From the NCBI GenBank assembly GCA_945872185.1, contig CAMBZX010000001.1, positions 6,101-70,100 of the forward strand: 64,000 nucleotides of DNA. Reading direction: 5' to 3'. Below, piece after piece: positions 29,308 to 40,424 of the stretch. A program made the translations under genes and the position numbers. How positions within the stretch are numbered: the first letter of the stretch is position 1; the number at the start of each line of letters is the position of its first letter. Below the pieces are notes generated by a model that worked only from the letters and a program-made list of their open reading frames with translations, was not told the DNA's origin and searched no databases. The DNA comes from Synechococcus sp. UW140. GTDB lineage: Bacteria > Cyanobacteriota > Cyanobacteriia > PCC-6307 > Cyanobiaceae.

Positions 29308-31140
29308 TCAATTCACAAGACGCCGCTCGAGAGAAGCGAGATCATGGAACGTATCAGAACGGCGCTGCAGCTCTTCGAAGGTGCCGAAGGCCTTGATACG
29401 TCCGCGCTCAAATTCATAGATACGATCACAGCGCATCACCGTGGATAAGCGATGGGCGATCACCACAGTTGTGCAACGACGGCCAATCACCTCAAGGGCC
29501 TGAATAATCTCACTTTCGGTGCGATTGTCTAGAGCGCTGGTAGCTTCATCCAGCAACAGGAACTGGGAGCGACGATAAAAAGAACGGGCCAGGGCCAGCC
29601 GCTGCCGCTGGCCACCGGAAAGCTGCAGACCGTTCTCACCGATCGGCGTATGCAGGCCATAGGGCAGTTCACTGACGAACTCATCCAGCTGGGCGGCCTC
29701 CAGGGCTGTCCACACTTCGTCCTGTTCCACATCCGCTTCGTTCTTGCCGAAAGCCACGTTCTCCAGCACGCTCGAATCGAGCAGGTTGATGAACTGGGGA
29801 ACCTGGGAGCAACAGGCCTGCCAGGCGGGCACATCCTGTTCAGAAACAGGGATGCCATCGAGGGTGAGGGCACCGCGGCTGGGATCCAGCAGGGCCAACA
29901 GAATTTGGGCCGTGGTGGTTTTGCCGCTGCCTGTGGAGCCCACAAATGCGACCCGAGAACCGACCGGAATCGAGAGGTCAACGCCGCGAAGCACCGGCTC
30001 CTCCGAGCCTGGATAGGAATACCAGACATCGCGCAGACCGATCGAACGCTTGGGGAAGACCCCCAGGGGACTGGGCACACCGGGGTCACCAAGCGCCGGC
30101 CTTCGGGCGGGCAAACGCAAGTATTCCAGCGTTGTGTCAATCACCGGCAACCCACCGCGCAGTTGATTCAACGAAGAAAAGAAGTCCTGCAGGGGCGGAG
30201 TGAGGCGCAATGCCGCCACAGCAAGAGAGGCGAGGAAGGGCAGAATGGCGCGGATATCGGAGCGATCACCGCTGAGCAGGGCCGGAACTGCTCCGAAGGC
30301 AAAGATCAGAGTGATGCCGAGGGGCTCAATCAGAGCCCTGGGGATTGTGGGCAAAAGCTCAGTGGTCCAGGCGTAACTCTTGGCTTTTTCACCGGTGCGC
30401 ACAAAAGCGTCGCGAAAGTGATCCTCAGAAGCGGTGAGCTTGATATCGCGAATCGAACTAAGCGACTCCAACAAAATATGAGTAGCCCTCGACTCCAGTC
30501 GCAACTTCTGCCGGGAAGCATGGCGTAGATAGGGAGTGATCAGCTGAGATATGACAAGATAAGAAAAAACAAGACTGACAATCAGCACCACAGCCGACCA
30601 ACGGCCGATGACAAGAATACCGAGCGAAAGCAGCACGATCGAAAAAACACTTCCGACCATCTTGAGCAGCGGGCTGACGACAGAATTGGAAGTCTTTTTA
30701 ATATGACTCAACACCATCGTCGACAGCTTCGCCGTGCTCCTGGTGAGGTGGTATTCATAACCTTGGGCAAGCACATTTGCATGGATCTGGTTGGAAAGAT
30801 CGATCCAGACCTGTGCTGTCAGCCGTTGCTGCAGAAACTGAAGACCGAGCTTGCCAAAGGAACCAATCCAGGACAACAAGGCAAAGATGGCAATCAGCCA
30901 GAGGCCCTGATCAACCGAATCGCCGCCGAAAACCTTCACCCCCGGCACCCCGTCACCCAGGCGAGTCCCCACCAGGGCTCCCATCAGCCGGGCGATCACC
31001 GCCACCGAAGCCAGATCCACAAAGCCTGGAATGATCGAGGCAGCGACCACCCATTGCAGCTGGCTGATGCGCCCCGATGGCAGATAGGCCATCAGAGCGC
31101 GCAGCTGTCGATAGGTTCGGCTCCTGGAGAGCAGATTCAA
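29308..31140 (-). CDS. ABC exporter, fused permease/ATPase (glycan flippase-like)
   Basis: TM N-terminus, GSTGSGKT, LSGGQRQR, LDEATSALD; start estimated at TTG 31140. Confidence 0.9.
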   Translation of the reverse strand: MNLLSRSRTYRQLRALMAYLPSGRISQLQWVVAASIIPGFVDLASVAVIARLMGALVGTRLGDGVPGVKVFGGDSVDQGLWLIAIFALLSWIGSFGKLGLQFLQQRLTAQVWIDLSNQIHANVLAQGYEYHLTRSTAKLSTMVLSHIKKTSNSVVSPLLKMVGSVFSIVLLSLGILVIGRWSAVVLIVSLVFSYLVISQLITPYLRHASRQKLRLESRATHILLESLSSIRDIKLTASEDHFRDAFVRTGEKAKSYAWTTELLPTIPRALIEPLGITLIFAFGAVPALLSGDRSDIRAILPFLASLAVAALRLTPPLQDFFSSLNQLRGGLPVIDTTLEYLRLPARRPALGDPGVPSPLGVFPKRSIGLRDVWYSYPGSEEPVLRGVDLSIPVGSRVAFVGSTGSGKTTTAQILLALLDPSRGALTLDGIPVSEQDVPAWQACCSQVPQFINLLDSSVLENVAFGKNEADVEQDEVWTALEAAQLDEFVSELPYGLHTPIGENGLQLSGGQRQRLALARSFYRRSQFLLLDEATSALDNRTESEIIQALEVIGRRCTTVVIAHRLSTVMRCDRIYEFERGRIKAFGTFEELQRRSDTFHDLASLERRLVN

Positions 31141-31193
31141 GCGCCCGGCTGGCCCATCACTCCTCAACGAGGCTATGGCGGCCAGCCCCGAAT

Positions 31194-32249
31194 TCAGCCG
31201 CCAGCGGGCCAGCGCGGCAGCCGCCCTCCCAACCGCTGCCGCAGCCGCCCCCACCCTTGCTCCAGCTGAATCCGCCAGGTGGGTCGCCGCTGCAGGGGCA
31301 CCACACCAAGCCCGAAGCACCGTTCCCAGTGGCTATCCAGCATCTCCAGAGCAGCGCGCCAGCGCTCCAGCAGCACCGGTTCGGAACAGGCCTCCAACAA
31401 CGGCGTCAACCGACTGGCGGGCGGTTGCCAGGCCTGGGGCTGGGCCACCGCCGCGGCGATGCGCTCAAGATCCATCTCCAGGCTGCCGCAGCCAAGCTGA
31501 TGGCCCACCAGGCCGGGATCGAGGCTGTCGGCTAGGGCATGGTTGAGGCTGCTGAACACAACACAACCGCAGGCGAGGGCCTCGATCGGCGGCAACCCAA
31601 AGCCCTCGCTGACGCCGCGGGCCCGCCAGTAGTCGGCCGAGTCGTAGAGCACCACCGTGGCGCTGTTGAACAGGCCGACCAGATCCTCCACCCAGCCCTT
31701 CTGCACCTGCACCGTCAGCCCTCGCCGTCGCAGCGCCGGCACCAACTGCTCCAGGACATAGGCGCTGCTCTTGCGCTGCTGCACCAGCACGTCGATCGGG
31801 CGGCGCAGTCGCGGGTCGTCGCCCCTAGCCCCCCGATTCAGCCACATCGGCTCCAGGGCATTGGGCACCAGGACCAAAGGATTGCGGGGGGCCCGATCGC
31901 CCCAGTAGCCGAGGGTGTTACGACTCACCGCCAGCACCGGCACCCCCGCCGGCAGATCGAAGCCATAGCCGCTGCTGTGGGCGTGATAGGCCGCCGGGCG
32001 CCCGCGCAGGCGCCGCAGCAGCCAGGGCACATCAAATCCCCAGCTGACGATCCACAGGGCCGGACCCGGTGCCGGCTCGCGCTTCAGCAGGTCGGCGAGG
32101 AAGGGATGGCCCTCCTCGCGCTGGCGATACGTGACCACCTCGGCACAGCGCAGCCCAGCCACCAGGCGGGCACTCTGCAGCTCCACCAGCAAGCCACCGC
32201 AGCGGAAGCGACCGCTGGTGCCTGGAACAAGGAAACGGACGGGGCGCAA
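31194..32249 (-). CDS. GT4-like glycosyltransferase
   Basis: EGFGLPPIEALACG. Confidence 0.85.
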   Translation of the reverse strand: MRPVRFLVPGTSGRFRCGGLLVELQSARLVAGLRCAEVVTYRQREEGHPFLADLLKREPAPGPALWIVSWGFDVPWLLRRLRGRPAAYHAHSSGYGFDLPAGVPVLAVSRNTLGYWGDRAPRNPLVLVPNALEPMWLNRGARGDDPRLRRPIDVLVQQRKSSAYVLEQLVPALRRRGLTVQVQKGWVEDLVGLFNSATVVLYDSADYWRARGVSEGFGLPPIEALACGCVVFSSLNHALADSLDPGLVGHQLGCGSLEMDLERIAAAVAQPQAWQPPASRLTPLLEACSEPVLLERWRAALEMLDSHWERCFGLGVVPLQRRPTWRIQLEQGWGRLRQRLGGRLPRWPAGG

Positions 32250-32251
32250 GC

Positions 32252-32965
32252 TCAGGCGGCGACGACCTCGGTGCTACCAGAGCGCTGACGGCGGGTGAGG
32301 AAGCCGAACAGCACCTTGCCGATCGCCGCGATCAGATTGCCCTCCAGCTCCTGGAACATCAGCATGTTGCAGTGGAAAGCCTCATTCGCCTCTTCAACGA
32401 TGCGATCGGCCATGGCCTGATCGATCGGCAGGGAATCGAGCGTGAGGCGATAGTTGGCCTTGAAAGCCTTCTCGTCGGCAATGGCGTCGAATTCATAGAA
32501 GCGCAGGCCATCGTGCTCGCCCAAGTTCATCGCCTTCTGGGCAATGTTCTTGAGAATCTGGCCGCCGGAAAGATCGCCGATGTAGCGGGTGTAGTGGTGG
32601 CCCACCAGCAGCTCAGGCGACTCCTTCGCCACCCGATGGAGGCGGGCCACATAGGCCTGGGCACCCGGGGTAGCCCGGATCAGGTTGCGCCAGTCGCCCC
32701 CGAAATAGAAGGCCAGATCCTGCTCCAGCGACTCACGCCGGTTGAGGGCCGGGGAATTGATCGCTCCCACCACGGGGTGAGCGGCGAGACGGCCGATCTC
32801 CTCCTCCATGGCGCTATAGACGAACCAGAGATCGGCCACCAGCGTGCGGTAACTGGCCTTATCGACCACCCCCTTGAGGAAGCAGCTCACAAAGCCGGTG
32901 TTTTCGGCCATGGTGTGGGCCTTCTTCGTTCCCTCACGCAGTTGGGAAGCCAGGGCGACAGGCAT
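32252..32965 (-). CDS. ho1: Heme oxygenase (biliverdin-producing)
   Basis: LREGTKKAHTMAEN, HYTRYIGDLSGGQIL. Confidence 0.95.
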   Translation of the reverse strand: MPVALASQLREGTKKAHTMAENTGFVSCFLKGVVDKASYRTLVADLWFVYSAMEEEIGRLAAHPVVGAINSPALNRRESLEQDLAFYFGGDWRNLIRATPGAQAYVARLHRVAKESPELLVGHHYTRYIGDLSGGQILKNIAQKAMNLGEHDGLRFYEFDAIADEKAFKANYRLTLDSLPIDQAMADRIVEEANEAFHCNMLMFQELEGNLIAAIGKVLFGFLTRRQRSGSTEVVAA

Positions 32966-33155
32966 CGGTCCTCGAGGTGGCACGGGCAGACGATCTAAAG
33001 TAGAGGCGGATTTCGCAGCAACGGCGACAAGATTGCGAAGGGTTACGTGGCCGGGCGCTGCGCTGCAGGCCGCGGAGCACCAGCCTCGCCATGGTCACAG
33101 GCCGGTAGAAGCGGCCGCTGGCCGGTCAGGCGGGCCGAGGAAATCCTGCCTGAGG

Positions 33156-33626
33156 CTAGGCCGCCTGAGGGTTTGATCCAGTTGCTGCATTGCCGCTGCC
33201 GAACAGCAGGAACAGTTCCCGGCAGATGCGACGCAGGCGCTCGCTCACCTCGGCCTGGGGCAGGTGAGAGCCGGAGGGACACCAGTCGCCGACTGTGGCC
33301 AGGCGCCAGCGCTCGGATTCATAGGTGAGGCCGCGGATCAACACCCCCAGCAGGCACGGGCGCCCATCCCCCTGGCTGGCTGGCCGTTCCAACCGCAGCT
33401 GCACCAGCAGGGTTCGGCACTGCAGCCGTGGACTCCAGCCAGGAAAGTGGAAGGAGAGATCCAGGGATTCACTTTCCTGGAAAGCCCGGGTCAGGGGGTC
33501 ATCGCGCCAGGGCTTGAGGTTGGCCCGCGCGTCGGGGAAATGGTCGCGAAACAGGCTGGCCACCGAGGCAATGGCCTGGGCCAATTCCAGGGATCGGGCC
33601 TGATCAGCGGCGTTCATGCGCTCCAT
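33156..33626 (-). CDS. Conserved cyanobacterial hypothetical protein
   Basis: Protein-like ORF (LKPWRDDP, FHFPGWS), co-oriented upstream of ho1. Confidence 0.7.
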   Translation of the reverse strand: MERMNAADQARSLELAQAIASVASLFRDHFPDARANLKPWRDDPLTRAFQESESLDLSFHFPGWSPRLQCRTLLVQLRLERPASQGDGRPCLLGVLIRGLTYESERWRLATVGDWCPSGSHLPQAEVSERLRRICRELFLLFGSGNAATGSNPQAA

Positions 33627-34138
33627 CCTGGAGGCCCTGCCCTGGCTTCGCCGTCCCGATCGGCAGTTGCAGACAACGGCTACGCCCGCCCCGGCCACAA
33701 CCTTCAAGGCGCAACCCGGGCCAAGGGCCAGCGCCCAGCAACCAGGCCGCAGCGAGAGGCTTCGCGGTCCCCAGGGCGGCCCATGCCCCCTGTCACCAGG
33801 CCCCCGAACCGGAAGTCTGCGCAGGCCGGGTCAGGGGCCAGGCGCGGGGCTGGTTGGCTGTAGCGCCTTGAGGCTTCAGCCAGCGATCCTGTCGACTGTC
33901 CCCAGAACACTGTCCCCAAAACCAGGCGACCCCTTGAAGCCTGAGTGACGATCCAGAACCGAGACGCCATCGAGCTCCAATCCGATGCCTAGCCCTGGAC
34001 GGCGCTGCCGTTGCAGCCCGGTGATTGCAGCCCGCTCGTTGCAGCGCTGTCATTGCAGCCCGGCCGCCGAACCTCAGCGCCACCGATAGGGTCGACAACG
34101 GATCGGGCCAGACAAGGCCTCCACTGCGCTGCTTCGCC

Positions 34139-34828
34139 ATGGTGATCGTCCCAGTCGGACGCCGCGCCCAGATCAAGGAACTGGCGGTGCTGGCCCTGCT
34201 CTACCTGCTGCAGATCAGCAATGCTGAAATGCTGCGCCATGCCACCGGCGGCTTCGAAGCCCGCATGGCCGGAAGCGCCAGCGGCAGGCTGGTGGCGGAC
34301 TGGGCGCGCCTGCAGGCCAATCAGGTGCACCCGGTGGCCATGGTGGTGTGTGGCCTGGGGCTTCTGGCCATGGCCCTGAACCTGGCGCGGGAGCTGCCGC
34401 TACCGCGCTGGAGCTTCGACGCCCTGGGCCTGTGGTTTTCGCTGCGGTTGCTGGCGGAATACCTCACCATCAACGGTCTGATCTTCGAGGGCTCCAAGGT
34501 GATCCCCGGGGTGCTGCTCGCCCAGATCGTGGTGTACCTGCCCTTTTTCACGATCACCTGGGGCTGGATCTTCCAGCGGCTGGACCTGGTGGGCCAGAGC
34601 ACACCCGGTCGCGTCGTGCAGCTCTGCGATGTCGCTGCCGGCAGTGCCATCACGCCCTTCGATTACTACCACGCCTCCATCAGCACGCTGCTCAACAAGG
34701 GGAAACCCACGATCGTGGGCGTCAGCCGCTGCGGGCGGCTGCTGGTGCTGCTCTATCTGGCCATGGTGCTGGGGCTGTATGCCCTCACCTTCGCCCGCAT
34801 CCTGCAGCTCACCCGGGCCGCGCTCTGA
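34139..34828 (+). CDS. Membrane protein with ion-channel-like TM-loop-TM C-terminus
   Basis: About 5 TM segments; FDYYHASISTLLNKG resembles a pore-helix segment. Confidence 0.6.
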   Translation: MVIVPVGRRAQIKELAVLALLYLLQISNAEMLRHATGGFEARMAGSASGRLVADWARLQANQVHPVAMVVCGLGLLAMALNLARELPLPRWSFDALGLWFSLRLLAEYLTINGLIFEGSKVIPGVLLAQIVVYLPFFTITWGWIFQRLDLVGQSTPGRVVQLCDVAAGSAITPFDYYHASISTLLNKGKPTIVGVSRCGRLLVLLYLAMVLGLYALTFARILQLTRAAL

Positions 34829-34949
34829 ACCCCCTCGCCCTGAACCTCGAAACCCAACCCCAGCACAGCGCCCCAGGGCGGCGCCGATCACCACAAACCT
34901 TCCGGCGGCGACTCCAGGCATAGGCTCGCCGGCAGCAATGCAGCCCCCA

Positions 34950-36380
34950 ATGGCCACCTACGAGAAGCTCAGCGCCCCCACCGGCGGCACCGCCATCCGC
35001 TTCGAGAACGGCCAGCCGGTTGTGCCGAGCGATCCGATCATCCCCTTCATCCGCGGCGATGGCACCGGCGTGGACATCTGGCCGGCCACCCAGCGGGTGC
35101 TGGACGCAGCGGTGGCCAAGGCCTATGGCGGTGAGCGCCGCATCGAGTGGTTCAAGGTGTACGCCGGCGACGAGGCCTGCGAGCTCTACGGCACCTACCA
35201 GTACCTGCCCCAGGACACCCTCACGGCGATCGAAACCTATGGCGTGGCGATCAAGGGCCCGCTGACGACGCCGATCGGTGGTGGCATCCGCTCCCTGAAC
35301 GTGGCCCTACGCCAGATCTTCGATCTCTACTGCTGTGTACGGCCCTGCCGCTATTACGAAGGCACCCCCAGCCCCCACAAGCGCCCCCAGGATCTCGATG
35401 TGATCGTCTATCGGGAGAACACCGAAGACATCTACATGGGCATCGAGTGGGAGGCCAGCGATCCGGTCTGCATCGAGTTGATCCAACACCTCAATGACGT
35501 GGTGATCCCGGCCAATGGCAAACTCGGCCAGCGCCGCATCCCCGAAGGCTCCGGCATCGGCATCAAACCCGTCAGCAAACTCGGCAGCCAGCGCCATATC
35601 CGCAAGGCGATCCAGCACGCCCTGAAGCTGGAGGGCGACAAGCGCCATGTCACCCTGGTGCACAAGGGCAACATCATGAAATTCACCGAAGGCGCCTTCC
35701 GCGACTGGGGCTATGAGCTCGCCACCAGCGAATTCCGGGGCGACTGCGTCACCGAGCGCGAGAGCTGGATTCTTAGCAATCTTGAAGAGAATCCTGGCCT
35801 CAGCATCGAGGCCAATGCCCGCCTGATTGAACCCGGCTACGACAGCCTCACCCCCGAGAAGAAAGCCGCTGTGGATGCGGAGGTGCAGGGCGTGCTCGAG
35901 GCCATCGGTGCCAGCCATGGCAACGGCCAATGGAAGCAGAAGGTGCTGGTCGATGACCGCATCGCCGACAGCATCTTCCAGCAGATCCAGACCCGCCCGG
36001 CCGACTATTCGGTACTCGCCACCTTGAACCTCAACGGCGACTACATCTCCGATGCGGCCGCCGCCGTGGTGGGCGGCCTCGGCATGGCCCCCGGTGCCAA
36101 CATCGGCGATAACGCCGCCATCTTCGAAGCCACCCACGGCACCGCGCCCAAGCATGCCGGCCTCGATCGCATCAACCCCGGCTCCGTGATTCTTTCCGGC
36201 GTGATGATGCTCGAGTTCATGGGCTGGCAAGAGGCGGCGGATCTGATCACCGCCGGTCTCAGCGCTGCGGTGGCCAACGGCGAGGTCACCTACGACCTGG
36301 CCCGCCTGATGGAACCACAGGTGGAACCAGTGAGCTGCTCGGGCTTCGCCGAGGCGGTGGTGCGCCACTTCGGCGGCTGA
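34950..36380 (+). CDS. icd: NADP-dependent isocitrate dehydrogenase
   Basis: IKGPLTTPIGGGIRSLNVALRQ, VHKGNIMK, NLNGDY, EATHGTAPK. Confidence 0.97.
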   Translation: MATYEKLSAPTGGTAIRFENGQPVVPSDPIIPFIRGDGTGVDIWPATQRVLDAAVAKAYGGERRIEWFKVYAGDEACELYGTYQYLPQDTLTAIETYGVAIKGPLTTPIGGGIRSLNVALRQIFDLYCCVRPCRYYEGTPSPHKRPQDLDVIVYRENTEDIYMGIEWEASDPVCIELIQHLNDVVIPANGKLGQRRIPEGSGIGIKPVSKLGSQRHIRKAIQHALKLEGDKRHVTLVHKGNIMKFTEGAFRDWGYELATSEFRGDCVTERESWILSNLEENPGLSIEANARLIEPGYDSLTPEKKAAVDAEVQGVLEAIGASHGNGQWKQKVLVDDRIADSIFQQIQTRPADYSVLATLNLNGDYISDAAAAVVGGLGMAPGANIGDNAAIFEATHGTAPKHAGLDRINPGSVILSGVMMLEFMGWQEAADLITAGLSAAVANGEVTYDLARLMEPQVEPVSCSGFAEAVVRHFGG

Positions 36381-36639
36381 GGCCCCGCACGCCATCGGCC
36401 GTGGCCCCAGACCTTGGAGGCAGCGCAATCGCGCCGGAAACCGCGCTGTGAAGCACGGTCCTAAGACCACTCTGGGCGACGACGGCCTGGGGCAGGCGCA
36501 GACTTTTCGATCAGAACGGGCTGCGGGCACCACGCTCCTGGCCCGGTGTGGCCTGCCCTCCTGAGCCACCGGCGACCGCCGGGTCCCCCTGCCGCGAGCT
36601 CAGTAAGGTCATTTTAAGCCGGCTTTTACCCTGCGCCCC

Positions 36640-38844
36640 ATGACCCAGCCGGGCACACCGGGTGCCCCAGGTACGGGCGAGGTCCCGGCAGCGACGCATC
36701 ACCCCCCCGTGACCAGCTACCGGCCTGAAATCGACGGGCTGCGGGCCCTGGCGGTGTTGCTCGTGATCGGCCATCACCTCGGCGGCGAAGTCGGCTTTCT
36801 GCCCAGCGGTTTCCTCGGGGTCGACATTTTTTTCGTGATCTCGGGCTACGTGATCACCGCTTCGATCCTGCGGCACGGAGCCCAGCCCCTGCAGCCCTTC
36901 CTGCTGGGCTTCTACCGGCGGCGACTGCAACGGCTGGCCCCCGCCCTGGTGGCCTGCGTGGCCGTGACCGCCCTGCTCAGCTGCCTCGTGATCCCGGATC
37001 CCGGCCCCTCGCTGCGCACGGGCGCCGCGGCCCTGTTCGGCCTCTCCAACGTCGAGCTGCACCGCCAGGCCGGCGACTACTTCGGCACCGATGCCGCCCT
37101 CAACACCTTCACCCAGACCTGGTCGCTGGGGGTGGAGGAGCAGTTCTATCTCGGCTACCCACTGCTGGCCTGGGGGCTGGGGCTCGGCCAGGGGGGACGC
37201 CGGGGCCGAGCCCACCGGTTCCGCCTGGTGCTGTGGCTGGTGGTCGCCCTGTCGTTGGGCTGGTTTCTGCTGCTGGCCAGCCACGATCCAGGCGCCGCCT
37301 ACCTGCTCACCCCCGGCCGGCTGTGGGAGCTGGCGGCGGGAGCTCTGCTGGTGCCCCTGGGGCGAGGGAACGACCAGCCAGCCCCCTTTCACCCCAACCG
37401 CCCGGCTGCAGCACCTGAAGAACCGCCGCCGGCGGTCCTGAACGCCACTGTTCGGCTCGGGCCATGGTGGTCGGCGGCCTGGCCGCCTGCAGCCGCGTTG
37501 CCGCTGGCCGTCCTGCTGCTGCTGACCCTGGCCCCCAAGCAGACGTTCGCCCTCACCACCCCCCTGGCGGTGGCCGCCACCACCCTGCTGATCGCGGCGG
37601 CCGCCAGACCCGGTGCGGTGCAGCGGCGGCTGCGCACCCCCTGGCTGCGCCATCTCGGCCTGATCTCCTATTCGCTCTACCTGTGGCACTGGAGCGTGAT
37701 CAGCCTCAGCCGCTGGACGATCGGCCTGCACGCCTGGTCGCTACCACTGCAACTACTGGCGATGCTGGCCCTGGCTGAAGCCTCCTATCGGTTCGTGGAA
37801 CAGCCGCTGCGACGCACCCGCTGGGCCCGGGCTGACGGCCAGACGGTGCTCCGGGGGATTGGTGTCACCGGTGCTCTGAGTGCCCTGCTGGCCTGGCTGG
37901 CCCTGGGGGAGGGCGGGCGCCAGCTCTACGCCGGCGAGCGCACCGCCACCGTGCGCGAGCAACTGGCCAGGCAAGCCGTGGCCGGCACCCGTATCAGCAA
38001 TCTGCGCTGCCATCTCGATGCGGACGACCAACGCAATCGCCAGGCGATCAACAAGCTCGCCCGCGACTGCAGCGCCGCCGCCCAAGGCGGCCGGCCGACT
38101 CTGTTTGTGGCGGGAGACAGCCATGCTTCGGCCCTGCTGCCTCTGGAGTCGGAGCTGCACCGCCTGGGCTATGGCAGCGGCCATCTGAGCATGAACGGCT
38201 GTCCCTTCCCGGCCACTCCCCACGGCACCACCAAGCCGGCCTGCGGCCCCTTCCAGCGCACCTGGGCCGACTGGGTCCTGGCCCACAGCCAGCGTGGTGA
38301 CGTCGTGCTGATCGCCGGCTATCACCTCTCCCACCTGGGCGTCGGCATCGGCGACACCCGCGACCAGCTGCTGGGGCCGGATGGTCGGCCGCTCACCACC
38401 GCCGCCGGCAAGCTGGCCCTCTACAGCGAGGCGCTGCGGGCTTTCGCCACCCGCGCCCAGGCCAAGGGGATGAAGGTGGTGCTGCTCGGCGCCGGCCCCC
38501 GGCTGCTCGATCGCGACACCTGCCTGCCGGAATGGTTTCGCCCGGAACGCTGGAACAACCGCTGCAGCGAGGCGCTTCAGGCGCAGATCGGCCATGCCCG
38601 TCAGCTCAATCAGCAGCTCTCCCGTCGACTGCCCAGCACCATCACCCTGATCGATCCTCTGCCACTTTTCTGCCCGCAAGGCTGCCGGCTGGGGGCCATG
38701 CGCCAGGCGCTGTTCGACTCGGATCACCCCACGGCCACCAGCGTGCTCCGGCTGAAACCAGTGATCCAGCAGCTCCTGGGCGGCCGAGCGGACCCGACCG
38801 GCAACCGACCGCGTCAGACTGCCACCGAACGCACCAGCCCATGA
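36640..38844 (+). CDS. OafA-type O-acetyltransferase (acyltransferase-3 + SGNH)
   Basis: RPEIDGLRA, GVDIFFVISG, WSLGVEEQFY, GDSHA, DSDH. Confidence 0.9.
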   Translation: MTQPGTPGAPGTGEVPAATHHPPVTSYRPEIDGLRALAVLLVIGHHLGGEVGFLPSGFLGVDIFFVISGYVITASILRHGAQPLQPFLLGFYRRRLQRLAPALVACVAVTALLSCLVIPDPGPSLRTGAAALFGLSNVELHRQAGDYFGTDAALNTFTQTWSLGVEEQFYLGYPLLAWGLGLGQGGRRGRAHRFRLVLWLVVALSLGWFLLLASHDPGAAYLLTPGRLWELAAGALLVPLGRGNDQPAPFHPNRPAAAPEEPPPAVLNATVRLGPWWSAAWPPAAALPLAVLLLLTLAPKQTFALTTPLAVAATTLLIAAAARPGAVQRRLRTPWLRHLGLISYSLYLWHWSVISLSRWTIGLHAWSLPLQLLAMLALAEASYRFVEQPLRRTRWARADGQTVLRGIGVTGALSALLAWLALGEGGRQLYAGERTATVREQLARQAVAGTRISNLRCHLDADDQRNRQAINKLARDCSAAAQGGRPTLFVAGDSHASALLPLESELHRLGYGSGHLSMNGCPFPATPHGTTKPACGPFQRTWADWVLAHSQRGDVVLIAGYHLSHLGVGIGDTRDQLLGPDGRPLTTAAGKLALYSEALRAFATRAQAKGMKVVLLGAGPRLLDRDTCLPEWFRPERWNNRCSEALQAQIGHARQLNQQLSRRLPSTITLIDPLPLFCPQGCRLGAMRQALFDSDHPTATSVLRLKPVIQQLLGGRADPTGNRPRQTATERTSP

Positions 38845-40256
38845 GCCCGGCGACCCAGAGCCCCGCAGACCAGCACGACCCATCCCTGACAGAGGCTCCG
38901 CTTGGTGTGCTGGATCCCTGCGTGCATTGCGGGTTCTGCCTACCCACCTGCGCCAGCTATCGGGTGCTGGCCACGGAGATGGACTCCCCCCGGGGCCGCA
39001 TTCACGCCCTCAAGGCGATCGCCGCCGGCGAGCTGGAGCTGGACGCCACCGTGGCCAGCCATTTCGACAGCTGCCTGGGCTGTTTCGCCTGTGTCACCGC
39101 CTGCCCCTCCGGCGTCCGCTACGACCAGCTGATCGAAGCCACCCGACCCCAGCTGAATGCGCCGGAGTTGCGCAGCCCCGGCCAACGCGCCTTCCGCCGC
39201 GCCCTGTTTGCCCTGCTGCCCTATCCCGGGCGCCTGCGGGCCGTGCTGGCGCCACTGCGCGCCTATGCCGGCAGCCCCCTGCAGGGCCTGGCCCGTCGCA
39301 GCGGACTCACGCGCCTGTTCGGGCCCCAGATCGAGGCGATGGAGCGGCTGCTGCCGCCCCTGGCCGCGGAGAGTTTCAGCGATGCCTTACCGCTGCTGGT
39401 GCCGGCCCAGGGCCCTCGGCGCTACCGGGTGGGTCTGGTGCTGGGCTGCGTGCAGCGCCTGTTCGATCCGGCCGTCAACGCCGCCGCCATCGAGGTGCTG
39501 AGCGCCAATGGCATCGAGGTGGTGATCCCGCCGGCCCAGCAGTGCTGCGGTGCCGTCACCCATCACCAGGGCGAACTGGAGCAGACGCGGGAGCTGGCCC
39601 GGGACCTGATCGAGCGCTTCGCAGCGGTGGTCGGTCCAGGCAAGGCGGCGGGTGCCGAGCCCCTGGACGCGATCCTGGTGGCGGCCTCCGGCTGCGGCCA
39701 CACGCTCAAGGCCTACGGCGAAATCCTGGCCCCACCCGAGGCAGATCCGGCCCCGCAGGCCCCAGCTGGGGCCGCCACCCCCGCCCATTTCGCCGCCCAG
39801 GTCGCCGACATCCAGGAGTTCCTGGATCGGGTGGGCCTGGCGCAGGCCTTTGTGTTGGGCCTGCAGCCCCTGCGCCATGACGACGGCGAGCCCGCCAGCG
39901 CCGAACGCCCGCTGCGGCTGGCTTATCACGATGCCTGCCACATGCTGCACGGCCAGGGCATCCGCGACCAGCCCCGCCAGCTGCTGCGCCGCATCCCCCA
40001 TGTGCAGTTGATCGAGGCGATCGAGGCGGGGGTGTGCTGCGGCAGCGCCGGCATCTACAACCTGGTGCAGCCCCAGGAGGCCGCCGAGCTGGGACGCCTC
40101 AAGGCCACGGACCTGAGCGAAACCGGTGCCGACATCGCCGTCAGCGCCAACATCGGCTGCAGCCTGCAGATCCGCCAGCACATGGAGGCCCTCCCCCGGC
40201 CGATCCCGGTGCTGCATCCGGTGCAGCTGCTGGCCCGCAGCTTCAGCGGCGGCTGA
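38841..40256 (+). CDS. glcF: Glycolate oxidase Fe-S subunit
   Basis: CVHCGFCLPTC, CLGCFACVTACPSG, two CCG motifs. Confidence 0.9.
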   Translation: MSPATQSPADQHDPSLTEAPLGVLDPCVHCGFCLPTCASYRVLATEMDSPRGRIHALKAIAAGELELDATVASHFDSCLGCFACVTACPSGVRYDQLIEATRPQLNAPELRSPGQRAFRRALFALLPYPGRLRAVLAPLRAYAGSPLQGLARRSGLTRLFGPQIEAMERLLPPLAAESFSDALPLLVPAQGPRRYRVGLVLGCVQRLFDPAVNAAAIEVLSANGIEVVIPPAQQCCGAVTHHQGELEQTRELARDLIERFAAVVGPGKAAGAEPLDAILVAASGCGHTLKAYGEILAPPEADPAPQAPAGAATPAHFAAQVADIQEFLDRVGLAQAFVLGLQPLRHDDGEPASAERPLRLAYHDACHMLHGQGIRDQPRQLLRRIPHVQLIEAIEAGVCCGSAGIYNLVQPQEAAELGRLKATDLSETGADIAVSANIGCSLQIRQHMEALPRPIPVLHPVQLLARSFSGG

Positions 40257-40424
40257 GGCCCCAGGCAGCTCCGCAGCGCACAACGGGGCCACTGGGGAGC
40301 TGGTTCAGAGCAGCCCCATCCGGGCCCGTCAGCCGTCACCGGCATCGACTCGGGCTCCAGGGAATCAGCCAAGTCATCCAGTCACCGCATCCTGCGATCT
40401 CGGCCCCGCCCGGGCCAGAGGCCC

